This document shows positions 59,216-64,000 of a stretch of DNA of 64,000 nt, in pieces. The DNA comes from Alphaproteobacteria bacterium (GTDB taxonomy: Bacteria; Pseudomonadota; Alphaproteobacteria; GCA-2731375). Location: the NCBI GenBank assembly GCA_965232515.1, contig CBDDPY010000002.1:1344001-1408000 (forward strand), in the 5' to 3' direction. Each line of letters starts with the position of its first letter. The first letter of the stretch is position 1. The position numbers and the translations under genes were made by a program. Under the pieces are notes generated by a model, which was not told the origin of the DNA, did not search any database, and saw only the letters and a list, made by a program, of their open reading frames with translations.

Positions 59216-60376
59216 ATGTCGGAGCGCACGACCATAGCCCTGGTGGTTGCCGGCGGCCGCGGCACCCGGCTGGGTATCGATGTGCCGAAGCAGTATCTGC
59301 CGCTGGGCGGCCGCGCCGTGTTGCGGCACAGCATCGAGACGTTCCTCAGCCATCCGGCGGTCGACGACGTCCAGGTCGTGATCCATGCCAATGACCGGCC
59401 GCACTACGAGGCCGCCGTCGCCGGGCTGACCTTGCCGGCGCCGGTGACCGGCGGGGCGACCCGCCAGGCTTCGGTCCTGGCCGGCCTGGAAGGTCTGGTG
59501 GCAATGAATCCGGGCCGGGTACTGATCCACGACGCCGCACGACCATTTGTCGATTGCCGGGTCATCGACCGCGCCCTCGCGCTGTTGGCCGAGAACGCGG
59601 GCGCCATTGCCGCGCTGCCGCAGACCGACAGTCTGAAGCGCGGACAGGACGGGCGCATTACCGCCAACGTCGACCGGGCCGACCTTTGGCGCGCGCAGAC
59701 GCCGCAGGCCTTCCGCTACGACGAGATCCTGGCGGCGCATCGGGCCGCCGCCGGCGCCGCACATACCGACGATGCCGCGGTGGCCGCCGCAGCGGGCCTT
59801 GGGGTGGCGCTGGTCGACGGCGACGAGGACAATTTCAAGATCACCTCTTCAGCGGACCTTGACCGCGCCGAACGCCTGCTGGCGCAGCGGCTGGGCGATA
59901 TCCGGGTCGGCACCGGCTTCGATGTACACCGCTTCGTTGCCGGCAATCATGTCATGCTTTGCGGCGTGCGGATTCCGCACGACGCGGCGCTGGCCGGTCA
60001 CTCGGACGCGGATGTCGGCCTGCACGCCATAACCGACGCGCTGCTTGGCGCGATCGGCGCCGGCGATATCGGCGACCACTTTCCGCCCAGCGACCCGCAA
60101 TGGAAGGGCGCGCCGTCGGACCTGTTCCTACACCATGCCGGCCAAGCGGTCGCCGCCCGCGGCGGCAAGGTCGCCCACGTCGACGTCACGTTGATCTGCG
60201 AACGGCCCAAGATCGGTCCACACCGCAGCGCCATGGTCGAGCGCATCGGCGAGATCCTGACACTGGCGCCAGAGCGCGTCAGCGTGAAAGCGACCACGAC
60301 CGAACGCCTGGGCTATCTGGGACGGGGCGAGGGCATCGGCGCGCAGGCGGTCGCGACCGTGCGACTGCCGCTGTGA
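59216..60376 (+). CDS. ispDF: Bifunctional IspD/IspF
   Basis: AGGRGTR..PKQY, IHDAARP, GFDVH, HSDADV, KATTTE. Confidence 0.95.
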   Translation: MSERTTIALVVAGGRGTRLGIDVPKQYLPLGGRAVLRHSIETFLSHPAVDDVQVVIHANDRPHYEAAVAGLTLPAPVTGGATRQASVLAGLEGLVAMNPGRVLIHDAARPFVDCRVIDRALALLAENAGAIAALPQTDSLKRGQDGRITANVDRADLWRAQTPQAFRYDEILAAHRAAAGAAHTDDAAVAAAAGLGVALVDGDEDNFKITSSADLDRAERLLAQRLGDIRVGTGFDVHRFVAGNHVMLCGVRIPHDAALAGHSDADVGLHAITDALLGAIGAGDIGDHFPPSDPQWKGAPSDLFLHHAGQAVAARGGKVAHVDVTLICERPKIGPHRSAMVERIGEILTLAPERVSVKATTTERLGYLGRGEGIGAQAVATVRLPL

Positions 60377-60852
60377 ACCGGCCGCTGCCGCTCAGCCATC
60401 CGGCAGCCCTGTTGGCGACCTGGTTCGGATCTGGGTTGCTGCCGCGAGCGCCGGGCACCTGGGGCTCGCTCGCCGCCCTGCCCTTCGCCTGGATCATCGC
60501 CAGCCTTGCCGGACCGATCGGACTGGCGCTGGCCGCGGCCATCGTGTTCGGCATTGGCTGTTGGGCCGCCGAACGATATGCGGACGCCACAGGCAAAGCC
60601 GATCCCGGCGCCGTTGTCATCGATGAAGTCGCAGGACAGTGGCTGGTGCTGGTGGCGGCCCCGCTCAGCCTGCCGGCCTATGCCACAGGTTTCCTGCTGT
60701 TCCGGCTGCTGGACATCGTCAAGCCGTGGCCGGCGAGCTGGGCCGATCGCACGCTGAAGGGCGGCGTCGGCATCATGGCCGACGACGTACTTGCGGCCGG
60801 CTATGGCTTGGTGCTGATGTATCTCGGCCGGGACTGGATCGGAGGGTTCTGA
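60373..60852 (+). CDS. pgpA: Phosphatidylglycerophosphatase A
   Basis: [32 protein letters not shown]. Confidence 0.93.
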   Translation: MNRPLPLSHPAALLATWFGSGLLPRAPGTWGSLAALPFAWIIASLAGPIGLALAAAIVFGIGCWAAERYADATGKADPGAVVIDEVAGQWLVLVAAPLSLPAYATGFLLFRLLDIVKPWPASWADRTLKGGVGIMADDVLAAGYGLVLMYLGRDWIGGF

Positions 60853-61356
60853 ATGCTGCCGAAGCACCTGCTGCGCCTCGCGGAGACGACGCTGTCGGCG
60901 GCCCGTGAGCAGGGCCGGACCATTGCCACAGCCGAGTCCTGCACCGGCGGACTGATCGTTGGCTGCCTAACCGAGATCGCCGGCTCGTCCGATGTCGTCG
61001 ACCGGGGCTTCGTCACCTACTCCAACGCCGCCAAGACCGAACTGCTGGGTGTCCCGGCGGCGACGATCGAGGCCATGGGCGCCGTGAGTGAAGAGGTCGC
61101 CATTGCCATGGCCGAGGGCGCGCTCGACCGCAGCAATGCCAACCTGACCGTGGCTGTCACGGGCGTCGCCGGTCCCGGCGGCGGTACGGCGGAGAAACCG
61201 GTCGGGCTCGTGCATATCGCGACAGCTAAGACCGGGGCCGCGACGGAACACCGCCGAATGGCGTATGGTGATGTGGGGCGTGATCGAGTGCGCGAAGAAA
61301 CCGTTGTCACGGCGCTGGAGATGCTGCAGGCGCGCATCGCCGAGGAGACCGCATAA
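60853..61356 (+). CDS. cinA: CinA/PncC NMN deamidase
   Basis: AESCTGG, GSS, TYSN, TGVAGP. Confidence 0.9.
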   Translation: MLPKHLLRLAETTLSAAREQGRTIATAESCTGGLIVGCLTEIAGSSDVVDRGFVTYSNAAKTELLGVPAATIEAMGAVSEEVAIAMAEGALDRSNANLTVAVTGVAGPGGGTAEKPVGLVHIATAKTGAATEHRRMAYGDVGRDRVREETVVTALEMLQARIAEETA

Positions 61357-61976
61357 TGAACCTGGAACTCTACCTTGCCTTCGTCCTGGCCACGACCGTT
61401 CTGATTATCATTCCCGGCCCGAATGTGGCGCTTATCGTCGCGCACAGCGTCAGCTTCGGCGCCCGGCGGGGCCTGGTGACGGTCGCCGGCACCCAGGCCG
61501 CGCAGGCCATTCAAGTCACCGTCACCGCTATCGGCATGACCTCCCTCATGCTGCTGCTCTCGCAGTGGTTCGAGTGGCTGCGCTGGATCGGCGTCGCCTA
61601 TCTGCTCTACCTCGGCGTCCGGCAGTGGCGGAGCAGCTTCGAGCGTGCGGCCGGTCCCGAGGTCACGGCCGGTTCGGCGCGGCCGCTGTTCTGGCAGGGC
61701 TTTTTCGTCGCCATGACGAACCCGAAGACGCTGTTCTTCTATGCCGCCTTCTTCCCGCAGTTCGTCGACCCGCAACTGCCGTTCGCCGGCCAGATGGTGC
61801 TGCTGTGCCTGACCTATCTGGCAATCGCGACGCTGCTGGACGGCGGTTATGCGATCGCCGCCGGCAGGGCGCGGGCCTGGTTCGGCAATGCGCGGCGCAT
61901 GCGATGGCAGAACCGGATCAGCGGCTCACTGTTGATCGGCGCGGGCGTTGGATTGGCGCTGGCGCGCCGGAGCTAG
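61356..61976 (+). CDS. LysE/RhtB family exporter
   Basis: PGPN, NPKTLFF. Confidence 0.9.
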   Translation: MNLELYLAFVLATTVLIIIPGPNVALIVAHSVSFGARRGLVTVAGTQAAQAIQVTVTAIGMTSLMLLLSQWFEWLRWIGVAYLLYLGVRQWRSSFERAAGPEVTAGSARPLFWQGFFVAMTNPKTLFFYAAFFPQFVDPQLPFAGQMVLLCLTYLAIATLLDGGYAIAAGRARAWFGNARRMRWQNRISGSLLIGAGVGLALARRS

Positions 61977-62455
61977 ACTGCCTTTGATGCGGGATCCAGC
62001 GCGTCCGGCGACGTTTCGGGCGAGCTGTAAACCGCTTCGGCGCGGTGTTCGAACGCCGAGACCATGCGGCGGACGGCCTCGTTGAAAACGGGCGTGGCCG
62101 CCGCCCGCAACAGCCGCGAACGGAACTCGAAATCGATCCAGAAATCGATGGTCGTCGCCGCGCCGCCGTCCTCCGGAATGAACTCCCAGTGGTTGTTGAG
62201 ATACCGGAACGGCCCGTCGACATATTCGACATCGATGTGGCGTTTCGGCTCCAGCGTCACCTTTGAGGTGAAGGTCTCGCGGAAGACCTTGAAGCCGACC
62301 ATGAGATCGCCCCAGATCACGTTGCCTTCGCGACGCGTGACCCGGCAGCCGACGCACCACGGCAAGAACTCCGGATACTTGCCGATGTCGGCGACCAGAT
62401 CGAAAAGCTGATCGGGCCGGTAGGGCAGCTTCCGGCGTTCGGCGTGCGTCGGCAT
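61973..62455 (-). CDS. RatA/PasT (Coq10) START-domain protein
   Basis: LVADIGKYPEFLPWC, GPFRYLNNHW, AFEHRA. Confidence 0.9.
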   Translation of the reverse strand: MPTHAERRKLPYRPDQLFDLVADIGKYPEFLPWCVGCRVTRREGNVIWGDLMVGFKVFRETFTSKVTLEPKRHIDVEYVDGPFRYLNNHWEFIPEDGGAATTIDFWIDFEFRSRLLRAAATPVFNEAVRRMVSAFEHRAEAVYSSPETSPDALDPASKAV

Positions 62456-62462
62456 GGATTTG

Positions 62463-63416
62463 TTATCCGGCGTCGGCGAGTTGCGCTTCGCGGCGGCGGC
62501 GCAGTTCGGCGAAATCGCTGTCGGCGTGATAGGACGAACGGGTCAGCGGCGAGGCCGAGACCATCAGAAAGCCCTTGCCGCGCGCCATCTGCTCGTAGGC
62601 CGCGAACTCATCCGGCGTCACGAAACGGTCCAGCACGTGATGCTTGGGCGTCGGCTGCAGGTATTGGCCGATGGTCAGGAAATCGACATCGGCCGCCCGC
62701 AAGTCATCCATCACCTGATAGACCGCCTGCTTGTCCTCGCCCAGACCGACCATGATGCCGGATTTGGTGAAGATCGTCGGGTCGAGCTGTTTGACCCGCG
62801 CCAGCAGTTGCAGCGAAACGAAATACCGAGCGCCCGGCCGTACCTCCGGATAGAGGCCCGGCACGGTTTCAAGATTATGGTTGAACACATCCGGCCGCGC
62901 CTCGACGACCGTTTCGATGGCGTCCGCCTTGCCCAGGAAATCCGGCGTCAGAACCTCGATTGTGGTCTCGGGCGAGGTTTCGCGGACGCGGGTGATGACC
63001 TTGGCGAAGTGCCTCGCCCCGCCGTCGTCGAGATCGTCGCGGTCGACGGAGGTGATCACGACATGCTTGAGGCCGAGCTTCTGCACGGCGATGGCGACGT
63101 TCTCGGGCTCGAACGGGTCGAGCGCGCCGGGCCGGCCGGTCTTGACGTTGCAGAAGGTGCAGGCCCGCGTGCAGGTATCGCCCATGATCATCATGGTGGC
63201 GTGACGCTTTGCCCAGCACTCGCCGATGTTCGGACAGGCCGCCTCCTCGCAGACGGTGACCAGCTTGTTGTCGCGCATGATGTTCCGGGTCTCGAAGTAT
63301 TCCTTCGAGACCGGCGCCTTGACCCGGATCCAGCTCGGCTTCCGCTTGATCGGATTGTCGGGCCGGTTGCGTTTCTCCGGATGGCGCAGGTCGCGCGTGT
63401 CGCCGGTGATGCTCAT
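62463..63416 (-). CDS. lipA: Lipoyl synthase
   Basis: [26 protein letters not shown]. Confidence 0.97.
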   Translation of the reverse strand: MSITGDTRDLRHPEKRNRPDNPIKRKPSWIRVKAPVSKEYFETRNIMRDNKLVTVCEEAACPNIGECWAKRHATMMIMGDTCTRACTFCNVKTGRPGALDPFEPENVAIAVQKLGLKHVVITSVDRDDLDDGGARHFAKVITRVRETSPETTIEVLTPDFLGKADAIETVVEARPDVFNHNLETVPGLYPEVRPGARYFVSLQLLARVKQLDPTIFTKSGIMVGLGEDKQAVYQVMDDLRAADVDFLTIGQYLQPTPKHHVLDRFVTPDEFAAYEQMARGKGFLMVSASPLTRSSYHADSDFAELRRRREAQLADAG

Positions 63417-63476
63417 GCGGTTTTGTCCATACGATGCGGTCGCCCGAATAACGGAACCTAGCGGCGACCGCTCCCC

Positions 63477-64000
63477 TTAGAAATGTATTGCCCGACCGTA
63501 AGCGTCAAGCACGGACTCGTGCATCATCTCCGACAGCGTCGGGTGCGGGAAGATCGCGTGCATCAGATCAACCTCGGTCGTTTCCAGGGTTTTCGCGACC
63601 CCATAACCCTGGATCAACTCGGTCACTTCGGCGCCGACCATGTGGGCGCCAAGCAGCTCCCCGGATTTGGCGTCGAATACGGTTTTGACCATGCCGTCCG
63701 CCTCGCCCAGCGCGATCGCCTTGCCGTTGCCGATGAAGGGAAAGCGTCCGACCTTGACCTCATGGCCGGCCGCCTTTGCCGCCGCCTCGGTCAAACCGAC
63801 GCTGGCCACCTGCGGCCAGCAATAGGTGCAGCCGGGGATGTTCGAGGTGTCGAGCGGATGCGTCGTATTGTCGCCGGCAATGTGCTCGATACAGATCACG
63901 CCCTCATGGCTCGCCTTGTGCGCCAGCCAGGGCGGGCCGACCAGGTCGCCAATGGCGTAGACGCCGGGCTCGCCCGTGCGCATCCATTCGTCGATCACCA
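63477..64000 (-). CDS. lpdA: Dihydrolipoamide dehydrogenase, C-terminal part (truncated by window)
   Basis: LAHKASHEG, HPTLSE. Confidence 0.93.
   Translation of the reverse strand, partial: VIDEWMRTGEPGVYAIGDLVGPPWLAHKASHEGVICIEHIAGDNTTHPLDTSNIPGCTYCWPQVASVGLTEAAAKAAGHEVKVGRFPFIGNGKAIALGEADGMVKTVFDAKSGELLGAHMVGAEVTELIQGYGVAKTLETTEVDLMHAIFPHPTLSEMMHESVLDAYGRAIHF

Noticed and set aside
61973-62455. RatA as part of a toxin-antitoxin system
   Set aside because: No RatB partner; the position next to lipA is the usual alphaproteobacterial Coq10-like housekeeping context.

Overview
High-GC alphaproteobacterial chromosome segment (taxon inferred from gene order and CtrA/NtrC/CIRCE motifs). It appears to span the replication terminus: a XerC/D dif-like site lies at 40862-40889 and the KOPS octamers I found by eye switch strand there. 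1-11.8 kb is accessory metabolism (GMC oxidoreductase, nbaCD, kinase, ChaN-PDZ plus M1 peptidase, CopD-like/NnrU). 11883-26449 is a ~14.6 kb element integrated in tRNA-Ser(TGA). Unusually, its 43-bp att duplication is the 5' half of the tRNA. It carries int/repressor/xis, a RepA-type helicase with an iteron origin, small proteins resembling podovirus assembly parts (duplicated scaffold-like motif, virion GNAT, MC...LLGQ protein) but no capsid, portal or large terminase, plus a Cre-like recombinase behind a c4-like antisense RNA and cargo including an FRG protein. This candidate podovirus-parasitising satellite is the most novel item. The rest is mostly core genome: preTA, mltB-rlpA-dacA-holB-metG-tatD (tmk absent), mazG, groESL, hflX-hfq, trkAH, ntrYX, dusB-ntrBC, ispDF-pgpA-cinA, lipA, lpdA. 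All family calls are from motif recognition; no searches were run.
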